A stretch of 64,000 nt of DNA from a bacterium (lineage in GTDB: Bacteria > UBA8248), in assembly GCA_965219955.1 (NCBI GenBank), contig OZ244799.1, positions 2,432,001 to 2,496,000 of the forward strand. Direction: 5' to 3'. The translations under genes were made by a program, and so were the position numbers. Below, piece after piece: positions 9,673 to 18,657 of the stretch. The first letter of the stretch is position 1; each line of letters begins with the position of its first letter. The notes under the pieces are model-generated. The model was not told where the DNA came from. It ran no database searches and saw nothing but the letters and a program-made list of their open reading frames with translations.

Positions 9673-10023
9673 ATGCCGTTTTACCGTTGGGACGAAATGA
9701 AGCGAAAAAACCTGGCGAGGCCGTCCGATTCAGAGGGCAGCATCATCATCGGCGAGCACGTCACGCTCAACCGCTCGGTGAGCCAGCCCGGCAAGCTGGC
9801 CCGCCCGCACACGCACGACTGCGAGCAACTCATCAACGTCGTCGAGGGAACCGCCTGGTTCCGCGTGGGGGACGAGGCAAAGACCGTCACGGCGGGCGAC
9901 ATCATCCACATCCCCGAGGGGACCGAGCACGAGTTCAAGAACGATGGCGACGGCGAATTCATCTACCTCTCGTTCAAGAACAAATCGGAAGGCTGGCCCC
10001 CGCCGACCGCGACGATGGACTAG
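9673..10023 (+). CDS. cupin domain protein
   Basis: PHTHDCEQ and GDIIHIPEGTEH motifs; AGGAG RBS. Confidence 0.9.
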   Translation: MPFYRWDEMKRKNLARPSDSEGSIIIGEHVTLNRSVSQPGKLARPHTHDCEQLINVVEGTAWFRVGDEAKTVTAGDIIHIPEGTEHEFKNDGDGEFIYLSFKNKSEGWPPPTATMD

Positions 10024-10091
10024 TTTTTCGCGTTCAACCCTGCGTGCAGTTCTCCAGGGTCAAACCCGACCGAGAAGCGATGAGACTTCAC

Positions 10092-10440
10092 GCCCCCTTG
10101 AGGGGGTGGTTGAAAAAGCTATCCTCAAGGGGATACTGCCTGCGGCGCATTCGCCGCCCTTGCCCGTAATACCCTCCTCACCCCGAGTAGGCGCGCTTGC
10201 GCGCCGTATCGAGGGATCGCCCCTTCGATACGCGGCTCCGCCGCTACTCATGATGAGGGGTGTCGGGGAACGGCGGAGCCTGCCCCGCGCGAAGTCGAGG
10301 GGGCGGCTACTCAGGGTGAGGCAGATATGGGGGCATGCAAGACGAGGGTTTGACGCGACCGGTGAAGTCAGTTCCGGCTGAGAAAGGAGGAACTGCTTCA
10401 AACGCGCTCGCTCCCAGGGCCGACTTTTTCAACATCGGGA
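10092..10440. repeat. MITE-like unit enclosing CCTCAxCCTGAG-type hairpins
   Basis: GGGGGTGGTTGAAAAAG at 10102 and CTTTTTCAACA at about 10424; internal CCTTCGATACG...CTACTCAGGGTGAGG. Confidence 0.7.
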
Positions 10441-10444
10441 TGGA

Positions 10445-11578
10445 CTAGTTTTTCGCTTTAAGGCCCGCTTCGAGCTCTTCGGCGTCGATGGGGAGCTTCA
10501 CCACCTGCTTTCTCTTGGCGGATAAGTCGCACGCCATGCAGAGCATGAGGTTCCGGTGCCCCTCGGCCCCCGTGGCGTGGGGCATGTCCACGCCGGTGTA
10601 GAGGTGCGATAGCCAGGCGATGGACTCATCGCGCATCGGCCCCCAGAACTGCCCCTTTGACATATCTCCCGCCGGATAGCTCTCGAGCAGGTGGACGTGG
10701 CGCTCCTCCCCCCGGTGGGAGGCCAGCGGGTTCTCGGACGCCATGATGAAATCCGCATGGGTGTCGTCGATGGTGAGCGCGCCCTCGGTGCCCACCACGC
10801 TGATGGTGACGCCGTAGGTCGAGGCGGGCCAGATGGTGGGCATCCCCCAGTTGCACTCCATGCTCCAGATGGTCCCGTCGTCGAAGGTGAAGATGCTGAA
10901 GGTGGCGTCCTGCGTGCCGATGCCCGTCATCACCCGCGATATCGAGCGCGAGACGACCTCGACGGGCTTCTTCTCCGGCCCCATCACGAACAGCATGACG
11001 TCCAGCGCGTGGGTGCCGGATATCACCATCGGCGTCAGCATCGAGCGGTCCTCGTTCTTCGACAGCCGCGTGATGCCGACCTGGCGGTTCAGCAGCGCGC
11101 GCGTCGTGGCGGAGGTGACCTCGCCGAGTACGCCTGACTGCACGTGTTCGCGCGCCGTGAGCCAGCGCCTCCTGAAGCGCTGGGTGTAGCCCACGAGAAG
11201 CTCGGCGCCCGCCGCCTCGGCGGCCTCCACGATTCTGGCCGATTCCGCCACGCTCGTCGCCAGCGGCTTTTCCACGAGTATTTTGTGGCCCTGCGCTATC
11301 GACTCCCAGAGCGGCTTCGCGTGCCACTCCTCGTCCGTGGCGATGATGACGGCGTTGACCTCGGGGCGCTTGATGAGTTCGGCGAAATCGGTCGTGAAGA
11401 AATCGGCCCCGAACTCCCCGGCCATCGCCCTGCCCTTTTTCTCGTCGATGTCGCAGCAGCCGAGCCACTCCGTGCCCGGGTACTCCCTGGCGCAGCGCGC
11501 GCGTATGCGCCCCACACGGCCGCAGCCGACCACCGCCAGACCAATCGGATTCTTTCCGCCCCCCGAAACCGCCATCAT
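10445..11578 (-). CDS. Gfo/Idh/MocA family oxidoreductase
   Basis: GCGRVG Rossmann motif, EKPLA, GYTQRF, GTHALD. Confidence 0.92.
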   Translation of the reverse strand: MMAVSGGGKNPIGLAVVGCGRVGRIRARCAREYPGTEWLGCCDIDEKKGRAMAGEFGADFFTTDFAELIKRPEVNAVIIATDEEWHAKPLWESIAQGHKILVEKPLATSVAESARIVEAAEAAGAELLVGYTQRFRRRWLTAREHVQSGVLGEVTSATTRALLNRQVGITRLSKNEDRSMLTPMVISGTHALDVMLFVMGPEKKPVEVVSRSISRVMTGIGTQDATFSIFTFDDGTIWSMECNWGMPTIWPASTYGVTISVVGTEGALTIDDTHADFIMASENPLASHRGEERHVHLLESYPAGDMSKGQFWGPMRDESIAWLSHLYTGVDMPHATGAEGHRNLMLCMACDLSAKRKQVVKLPIDAEELEAGLKAKN

Positions 11579-11673
11579 CCTCTCCCGTGAAGTAATCAAG
11601 ACACATAAAAAAACGCCGGAGCCTCATCCGACGCCGTTTGCAGCAGGCGCAACGCCAAGTAGCGAAGATTCAC

Positions 11674-12783
11674 CTATCCAAAATCCTCAGGCGTTACCGG
11701 AAGCGGCACCGCCCGCCCGGTCCTGGCCGAATGATCCATCGCGAGGCACAGCATGAGGTTCTCGTGCGCCTCGCGCGCGGTGGTGTGCGGCGTGGGGACG
11801 CCGAGAAATATCCTGTCAAACCACGAGCGCGTCTCCTCGCGCATGGGGCCCCAGAGCTGATCGAACACCAGATCACCCGGCGGGTAGCTGGTGAGAAAAC
11901 TCACGTTGCGCTCCTGCTTCAGGCGCGCGGATTCGTGCGGCTCCGCCGTGGCGAAGACGATGTCGCGGTGCGTGTCGTCTATCGTGAGCACGCCTCCGGT
12001 GCCCACGATCCCCAGTTCCAGCGAATAGACCTCCGCCGGCCAGACGCGCGGCAGCGCCCAACTCACGTTCATGCTCCATATCGTCCCGTCCTCATAGGTG
12101 ACGATGGCGAAGGTGGAATCTTTCGTCAGATAGGGCGCCATCGCCTTGTCCACCGAGCGCGCGTACACCTCGACCGGGCGGTGACCCTCCAGGAGCCAGG
12201 AGCACAGATCGACGCTGTGCGTGCCGGAGATGACCATGGGGGTGAATTTCGTGGGGAATTCGGTTTTGGTGGAATTCGCCACCGGGTTCATGCGGTTCAG
12301 GAAAGCGCGGCCCGTTACGGAGGAGACGTCGCCCAGCTCGCCCGAGCGAATCTTCTCCTTCGCCACCAGAAAGCGGCGGCGGAACCGCTGCGTATAGCCC
12401 AGGACGGCGTCTATGCCCGCCTCGTCGACGGCGCGCACCAGCTTTTCGGATTCTTCAGCATCCACCGCCAGGGGCTTTTCGATCAGCATCCGGTGGCCGC
12501 GTTCGACGCCGATGAGGATGGGCTCGAGCCGCTCGTTGGCGTAGGTGGCCAGAACCGTGGCGTTCACCTCATCGCGCTTCAGGAGTTCGCGGTAATCGGT
12601 CGTGAAAAAATCGGCGGACACGTCTTCGGCCAGTTTCCGGCCCACGTTCTCGTCGATGTCGCACAGGCCGATCCACTCGACCGCCGCGTTCTGTCGGGCG
12701 AACTCCGCGCGGATGCGCCCGATCTTCCCGCATCCCACCACGGCCAGGCCGATGGGCTTTCTCGTCTCGTTCGTTGCGTTCAC
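11674..12783 (-). CDS. Gfo/Idh/MocA family oxidoreductase (diverged tandem paralog; start approximate)
   Basis: GCGKIG, EKPLA, GYTQRF, GTHSVD. Confidence 0.92.
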   Translation of the reverse strand: MNATNETRKPIGLAVVGCGKIGRIRAEFARQNAAVEWIGLCDIDENVGRKLAEDVSADFFTTDYRELLKRDEVNATVLATYANERLEPILIGVERGHRMLIEKPLAVDAEESEKLVRAVDEAGIDAVLGYTQRFRRRFLVAKEKIRSGELGDVSSVTGRAFLNRMNPVANSTKTEFPTKFTPMVISGTHSVDLCSWLLEGHRPVEVYARSVDKAMAPYLTKDSTFAIVTYEDGTIWSMNVSWALPRVWPAEVYSLELGIVGTGGVLTIDDTHRDIVFATAEPHESARLKQERNVSFLTSYPPGDLVFDQLWGPMREETRSWFDRIFLGVPTPHTTAREAHENLMLCLAMDHSARTGRAVPLPVTPEDFG

Positions 12784-12941
12784 GAAACTCACCTTTCTCG
12801 GGGTGTCCGATTCAAAACGGGCGCATCTTCCCACCCGAGCCCGGCCAGGTGCAAGCGGGGGCTCGCTTCAGGCCGGAACGCAGTGGATGCTCTTTTGCAG
12901 GTCTTCAGATAGGACGGCGAGCACCTCAGGGACGAGGGGTT

Positions 12942-13526
12942 GGGCTGTTGAAGAAGCCTGCAATGCCGGGATTGCCGTCATTCGGGCATTATTTCCGACC
13001 AAGGCGGGAGGAGACATCGCTCCCTTCCCTTATCGTGTGCTTTACAATCACTCCCCCCTTGAGGGGGAGTCGGTGAGGTAAGGGCGCAAGCCCGCAAGCG
13101 AACCGGTGGGGGGAGCTTTTGTTTTTAGAATCGTCCCCCCACCACATCGGCCTTCGCACAAACCGCTCGGCCTCTGTGACTCCCCCTCAAGGGGGGAGTG
13201 GTTGGTTGTTGCTCTGCAAGGGAGAAGTAAAGTTCCATCCCTCCATGGTCGGCTCCATATGTGGAATCACCATATCAGGACTTTTTCAACAACCCCTTGT
13301 CAGGGGGGGTAGTAGCGATGCCCCCCGACGGGGGTTTTTCAACAGCCCCGTATGCATCCCCTAGAAACCGCCAACGCCTCTTTCCTCACCCTGAGTAGCC
13401 GCCGAAGGCGGCGTATCGAAGGGCGGGGGGAGTCGAACGCCTCGCGCCAGACCGAGAGGGCCATCCTTCGATACGCGGCTCCGCCGCTACTCAGGATGAG
13501 GCGGAGAGAGGATTTTCACCAGCCCC
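12942..13526. repeat. compound palindromic repeat cluster
   Basis: left terminus at 12942; right termini at about 13281, 13334, 13512; ACTCCCCCCTTGAGGGGGAGT hairpins at 13050 and 13179; CCTCACCCTGAG...CTCAGGATGAGG unit at about 13383-13501. Confidence 0.8.
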
Positions 13527-13637
13527 GGTCGCAACTCCTGCAACCGGTTCCTGCAGGCGATCATGATGATGACGGGAAGCGCCAGCCCGACGAGGTTCTG
13601 CTGGTATTCGATGCCCTGATCGACCGTGAGGAAAGCG
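13525..13637 (-). pseudogene. C-terminal fragment of a DUF5615-like PIN toxin
   Basis: reads AFLTVDQGIEYQQNLVGLALPVIIMIACRNRLQELRP with no start codon, directly after the DUF433 stop. Confidence 0.7.
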
Positions 13638-13642
13638 CCGGA

Positions 13643-13825
13643 TTAGCGTTCGAGCGCTTCGAGCGCCTGCTCGCGCGACACCGTCGGGAAGTCTTCCAGA
13701 AAATCGTCGAGCCTGTCGCCCGCTTCGAGGTGCTCCATCAGGGTGCGCACGGGAACCCTGGTGCCTGCGAAAACCGGAATCCCGCCCAAGATATCCGGGT
13801 TTCTCTCGATTAGCGTATCGGACAT
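13643..13825 (-). CDS. DUF433 antitoxin-like protein (possibly shortened at the C-terminus)
   Basis: IERNPDILGGIPVFAGTRVPV...DFLEDFPTVSREQ signature; GAGGAG RBS. Confidence 0.9.
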   Translation of the reverse strand: MSDTLIERNPDILGGIPVFAGTRVPVRTLMEHLEAGDRLDDFLEDFPTVSREQALEALER

Positions 13826-14036
13826 CGCACACTCCTCGGAGGTGGGGCGTCAGAAAGCATCAACAACCGCTTCAGAGTTTCTATTCTTCACCAAACTTCC
13901 TCCCTGCACAACTGGCGCCGAAGTACGGGATCGTGGCGCAAGCTGCGGCTTGAAGGCCCCCGCGGTTCCAAAAATCCGCGTTTCATCGGAGAATGGGCCA
14001 TTCTCAAGAAACCCGAATCCCGAAAGGAGCGAAACC

Positions 14037-14681
14037 GTGTCCCGCGTACCCATGCTCGAATCAGGCGCCGACGACCCCGTCGTGAACCACCTCTTCGACC
14101 ACGCGAGCGTCCTGCTGAACCGCATCCCCAACGCCTGGCGCGTGATGGCGAACCAGCCCTACATCACGAAGTTCATGCTGCCGCTCACCTCCTCGCTCCT
14201 GCGCCAGGGGCTGGGCTCGGCCCTCGACACGAGGACGAAGGAGATCGCCATCATCAACACCAGCCGGCTCAACAACTGCGCCTACTGACTGGCGCACAAT
14301 ACGCCGGTTGGTCAATCGGTGGGCATCACGGAGACGGATATCGCCGCCATCAGCGAGGGCGACTACAGCGCTTTCTCCGAAAAAGAGCGCGCCGTCCTGC
14401 TCTGGGCGGAGCACGTGACTCTCAACACGGCCAGAGAGCGGGACGACGTTTTCGAGGCAGTGAAAAAACATTTCACGGACTCTGAAATCGTGGAACTCAC
14501 CATGGTCATCACCTACTTCAACATGAGGAACAAGTTCAACGACGCGCTGGGGATTCCCATCGAGGCGCAAGATGAGATCGACAGGAACAAGATTCGCCAA
14601 AAAAATCCAGACGACCTGAAGGCGTATCTCGAAGCCCTGCTCGCCGACTGGCCGGATGAATTCCCCGAGGCGGGAAGCTGA
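14037..14681 (+). CDS. AhpD/carboxymuconolactone-decarboxylase family protein, probable selenoprotein (Sec84, CxxU)
   Basis: track ORFs 13743-14288 and 14319-14681 are in the same frame and separated by a single TGA (14286-14288) in NNCAY*LAH; AAGGAG RBS before GTG 14037. Confidence 0.85.
14302..14321 (+). promoter_or_regulatory. putative bacterial SECIS hairpin
   Basis: CGCCGGTT-GGTC-AATCGGTG: 8-bp stem with two G.U pairs; 21 nt separate the UGA from the GGUC loop. Confidence 0.75.
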
Positions 14682-15064
14682 GGCCGATCTTCGCAAATGG
14701 TGATAGAGATCGTAATCTGTTACAACATGAAGAATTACATGGGGCGGTTATGAGGACAGGCCATGAAACTTCATTATTATCCCGAAACCGATAGCCTCTA
14801 TATCGAGTTCAGAACCGAACCAGGTGCGGAAACGCGCGAAGTTTCCGACGGACTCAATGTGGACATCGCCGCCGATGGCGGCGTGGTCGGCTTCGACATT
14901 GACCACGCGTCGCGGCGGATCGACTTATCCACACTGGAAACTGAAGCACTGCCCCTTCACTCCATAAAAGCCATTTGATATACGGCGCGGAAATCGAACA
15001 CCCTCAAAATTACTGGTCCATGAAAAAGCCCTGCGAATCCGATGAATTCCCCGAGGCGGGAAGC
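14655..15064 (+). repeat. 24-bp direct repeat flanking the DUF2283 cassette
   Basis: GATGAATTCCCCGAGGCGGGAAGC at 14655-14678 and 15041-15064. Confidence 0.9.
14763..14978 (+). CDS. DUF2283 domain protein (antitoxin-like)
   Basis: MKLHYYPETDSLYIEF...VDIAADGGVVGFDI pattern. Confidence 0.85.
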   Translation: MKLHYYPETDSLYIEFRTEPGAETREVSDGLNVDIAADGGVVGFDIDHASRRIDLSTLETEALPLHSIKAI

Positions 15065-15069
15065 GGCGC

Positions 15070-16416
15070 ATGACGAAAACGCTCATCCGAAACGCTGCGA
15101 TTCTCTCGATGGACCCCGAGGTCGGGGAGATCGAAAGCGGCGACGTCCTGATCGAGAACGGGCTGATTTCCGCAGTGGGTGAAAACCTCCCGGAAGCGGA
15201 CGCGGAGACCATCGACGCCGGCGGCATGATCCTCCTGCCCGGCCTCATCAACGCCCACATGCACACCTGGCAGACCGCGCTTCGCGGCCTGGGCGGAGAC
15301 TGGGGCGGGCGCAGCTATTTCGAGATAGCGCACGAAACCCTCGCCCCGCGCTACCGCCCCGAGGACGTCTACATCGCGACGCTGGTGGGCGCGTGGGCGC
15401 AGATCGAATCGGGCGCCACGACGCTGTTCGACTGGTGCCACAACAACCCCACCCCCGAACACACCGACGCAGGCATCGACGCGTTGTTCGACGCCGGCAT
15501 CCGCGCCCTATTCGGGCACGGAACGCCCAAGCCGAAGCCCAAAGAGGGCGAGCCCCACTATTCGCTAATCCCGCATCCGGTAAGCGAGATCAAGCGGCTG
15601 CGGACGGGACGCCTGGCCAGTGACGATGGGCTCATCACGCTGGCGATGGCCATTCTGGGCGCCGACTACTCCCCACTGGAAGTGGCGCTCCACGACATGC
15701 GTCTGGCGCGCGAATACGGGCTTTTATCGAGCGCGCACATCTGGGGCGACGCGAGCAGGAAGGTGAAGGGCGGCTACCACACGCTGGCCGAAGAGGGGGT
15801 GCTCGGCCCCGATCACAACCTCGTGCACTGCAACTACGTGGACGATGCGGAGCTGAAAATCATCATCGACTCGGGCGCCTCCATCACGGCCACGCCTTCG
15901 GCCGAGATGCAGACGAACCGGGGCGAGGCCGTCTGCGGGCGCGTGAGCGCGCTGGGCGGCAGGCCGTCGCTCGGCGTGGATTTGGAGACCTACGTGAGCG
16001 GGAACATGCTCCACGCCATGCGCCACGCTTTACAAGTGCAGCGGATTTTCGACAACCGCCGCCTGGATGAGAACACCTACCGCGCGCCCGCGCTTTCTTT
16101 CTCGGCGCGCGACGCGCTCGCCTGGGCCACCATCAACAACGCGCACGCGATGGGCATGGCGGAGAGAATCGGCTCGGTCACGCCCGGCAAGCAGGCCGAC
16201 CTCGTCCTCATCCGAAAGGACGGCCTCGCCATGACGCCCGCAGGAGACGCAGCCCGCGCCGTCGTCTTCTATGCGGAGCGCTCGGACGTGGATACCGTCT
16301 TCATCGCCGGAAAGAAGGTGAAAGCGGGCGGTGAGCTGCTCGTCGACTCAGGAAAAATCGCAAAAGCGAAGGAGCGGCTCGCCGAATCCGCGCGGTGGAT
16401 TACGGGAGCTACTTGA
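15070..16416 (+). CDS. metal-dependent amidohydrolase / deaminase family protein
   Basis: PGLINAHMH, SAH, LVHCN, LGVD, GSVTPGKQADLV. Confidence 0.92.
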   Translation: MTKTLIRNAAILSMDPEVGEIESGDVLIENGLISAVGENLPEADAETIDAGGMILLPGLINAHMHTWQTALRGLGGDWGGRSYFEIAHETLAPRYRPEDVYIATLVGAWAQIESGATTLFDWCHNNPTPEHTDAGIDALFDAGIRALFGHGTPKPKPKEGEPHYSLIPHPVSEIKRLRTGRLASDDGLITLAMAILGADYSPLEVALHDMRLAREYGLLSSAHIWGDASRKVKGGYHTLAEEGVLGPDHNLVHCNYVDDAELKIIIDSGASITATPSAEMQTNRGEAVCGRVSALGGRPSLGVDLETYVSGNMLHAMRHALQVQRIFDNRRLDENTYRAPALSFSARDALAWATINNAHAMGMAERIGSVTPGKQADLVLIRKDGLAMTPAGDAARAVVFYAERSDVDTVFIAGKKVKAGGELLVDSGKIAKAKERLAESARWITGAT

Positions 16417-16789
16417 ATGGAAGAATGCGAAATTTTGACGGACGAGAAATTCATCGTCAACTCTGCCGAAGAACGAAAAATGGCATGAGGGATCAACTTT
16501 GCTTCATTGAGACGCTCTTGAAAAAGTGAAATATTAGGCGGTGGGTGTTTCTTCTTGCGCTGGACGGCTGGAAGAGCGAAAAGAAAAACGGTATGGTCAG
16601 TCTTCATTGGAGTGGCGATTTTGTTGCTCAGATAGAAAGATACAATCACCATGAATTCCTTCACGATTCCAACGAATTGCAGCATACTCGTTAACCTAAT
16701 ACTGGGCCCAAGATGAATAATTCGGGCTAAACCTGTCGGGAAGTTACACTTAAAAACCCGACTCACAAGCAAAAGAAAGATTGGTGGCC

Positions 16790-17719
16790 ATGAAAATCGT
16801 ATCAGTAATAAATTATAAAGGCGGTGTCGGAAAGACTTCATTGACAGCTAATCTTGCTGCTGAGTTGGCATGGCGAGATCATAATGTTCTTATGATTGAT
16901 TTGGATGCTCAAGCGAGTTTGACATTCTCGTTCATAGCTCCAGATGATTGGCAGAATAATTATTCAGAAAGCAGAACTATCAAGAGTTGGTTCGACTCGT
17001 TCGAATCTGGGACGCCTTTGCCGCTTTCAGATATTATCTTTACGCCGAATCGAATCGCAGAAGCATTAAATCCACGAAATGGGCAGGTTGATTTGATCCC
17101 ATCTCACCTAGGTCTAATCAACGTCGATCTCGAATTGGCTACAAAACTAGGAGGAGCGAACCTTACGCAAGCAAAGCGCAACTTTCTCTCTGTGCACAGT
17201 ATGCTTTCTAGGGGATTGGACGAAGTCGATGCGGACAAGTACGACGTGGCACTCATTGATTGCCCGCCGAATTTCAATATTGTAACCAAGACTGCAATTA
17301 TTGCCAGCAACTACATTTTAGTTCCTGCGCGTCCTGATTATCTATCGACACTGGGGATAGATTATTTGATTCGGAGTACAAACACACTTATTGATGAGTA
17401 TAATGAGTACGCTGAGTTGGATGCGGGCGGAGAAACGGATTCAATCGATCCTAGAATTCTGTATGTGGTGTTCACTATGATCCAGGAATACGGAGGTCAA
17501 CCTATATCGACACAAAGGCCATTTATAGCTCAGGCCCGCCGTTTGTCCGGTGTTGACGTAATGGAACCTTATATCAAACGGAACGACACAATATTTGGGG
17601 ATTCTCCGCAATTTGGTATTCCTCCTGTTCTCAAGGGATACAATTCTGGTAGCCACCAGAGCGTCGTTGCGGGTCTTGAGGCCGTTACAGATACCTTTAT
17701 TAAGGGGATAGGCCTATGA
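16790..17719 (+). CDS. ParA/Soj-family ATPase (low-GC cassette)
   Basis: KGGVGKTS deviant Walker A, IDLDAQ, IDCPP. Confidence 0.9.
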   Translation: MKIVSVINYKGGVGKTSLTANLAAELAWRDHNVLMIDLDAQASLTFSFIAPDDWQNNYSESRTIKSWFDSFESGTPLPLSDIIFTPNRIAEALNPRNGQVDLIPSHLGLINVDLELATKLGGANLTQAKRNFLSVHSMLSRGLDEVDADKYDVALIDCPPNFNIVTKTAIIASNYILVPARPDYLSTLGIDYLIRSTNTLIDEYNEYAELDAGGETDSIDPRILYVVFTMIQEYGGQPISTQRPFIAQARRLSGVDVMEPYIKRNDTIFGDSPQFGIPPVLKGYNSGSHQSVVAGLEAVTDTFIKGIGL

Positions 17720-18150
17720 CAAGAAAAAGTAACAAGAGGTCGCCCGGCAACTCCGGAGACATTGGCATACTTCTGAGGAAATTAGCGGATTTAGTCGAAA
17801 GATCGTCGGCAGATGAGATCGATGCTCTATTGCGGGGCAATGGTAAGCTCCGGATTTACGAAGTGAGAACAGCATCAAGAGTGTTAGGTACAAAGTGTCG
17901 CCATTCGTATTCTGATACGGCGTTTTCGGAAGTCTCGGAAAAACTACATGCTTCCCAAACGCGGGAGGCGGGTAGGGAATTGTTGGGCAATGAATTTCCA
18001 ACCAAAGTAGCAATTGAAAAGTTTGCTCGTTTTCTAGATCTACCTGTTCACCGAACTGATACAATTGATACCCTTCGCGATAAAATTGTCGAATCTGAGA
18101 TTGGTTCCAAGTTGCGCTCTGATGCGGTGCAAGGAAGAAAAGTTAAATAA
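17716..18150 (+). CDS. hypothetical protein coupled to ParA
   Basis: ATGA overlap with the ParA stop; same low-GC composition; 144 aa. Confidence 0.7.
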   Translation: MTRKSNKRSPGNSGDIGILLRKLADLVERSSADEIDALLRGNGKLRIYEVRTASRVLGTKCRHSYSDTAFSEVSEKLHASQTREAGRELLGNEFPTKVAIEKFARFLDLPVHRTDTIDTLRDKIVESEIGSKLRSDAVQGRKVK

Positions 18151-18203
18151 TTTGTCAATGCCAATTCAACTCGTCTACACCGCGTTGAGGGCGTAATCAA
18201 GAC

Positions 18204-18348
18204 CAACCGCCGCCTGGATGAGAGCACCTACCGCGCGCCTGCACTTTCTTTTTCGGCGGGCGGCGAGCTGCTCGTCGACTCGGGAAAAATCGCCCGGGAG
18301 AAGGAGCAACTCGCCGAATCCGCACGGTGGATTACGGGAGGGGGTTAA
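18204..18348 (+). pseudogene. diverged, internally deleted copy of the amidohydrolase 3' end
   Basis: aligns to 16053-16107 joined to about 16327-16409; reads NRRLDESTYRAPALSFSA/GGELLVDSGKIAREKEQLAESARWITGGG*. Confidence 0.9.
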
Positions 18349-18389
18349 AGCGGAAATAGTCGTCGTTCCCGACCGCGGAAGAAGGATTG

Positions 18390-18481
18390 CGCAGGGACGG
18401 TCCTCCGCGTGGTCCTGAACACGAAGGTGCGGTCCGTGAACAGGCCGAACGTCGGGAGACAGACGCGGAGGCCGACCCTAC
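18390..18481. repeat. degenerate GTAG-type REP pair
   Basis: GCAGGGACGGTCCTCCGCG ... CGCGGAGGCCGACCCTAC. Confidence 0.5.
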
Positions 18482-18657
18482 GCAATGTGTTTCTGATGGT
18501 CATTCCTCTCGCTTGGCAAGGGCGAGGATGATTACTCATTGAAATACTTGATTGCGCCTGGCCCTCTTAACGGAATATGCAGACGACGGCGCAATGGAAA
18601 CAAACGGTACCGCTTGACCAGAGCACTCAACTTCGAAATCAAAGACGAATTGAATCC

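Noticed and set aside
3761-12912. Long antisense ORFs (e.g. 3761-5206, 5160-6380, 6548-7894, 11638-12912) and similar ones elsewhere such as 20272-21795
   Set aside because: Shadow frames of GC-rich genes on the opposite strand, with no recognisable motifs.
13743-14036. N-terminal extension of the CMD ORF in the track
   Set aside because: Overlaps DUF433 on the other strand; a clear RBS precedes GTG 14037.
14286-14288. Nonsense mutation (pseudogene) or two separate genes
   Set aside because: The TGA sits on the redox Cys position, is followed by a SECIS-like hairpin, and both halves are otherwise intact; Sec is more parsimonious though unproven.
16417-16780. Gene between the amidohydrolase and ParA
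   Set aside because: Only short interrupted frames; possibly a remnant but not identifiable.
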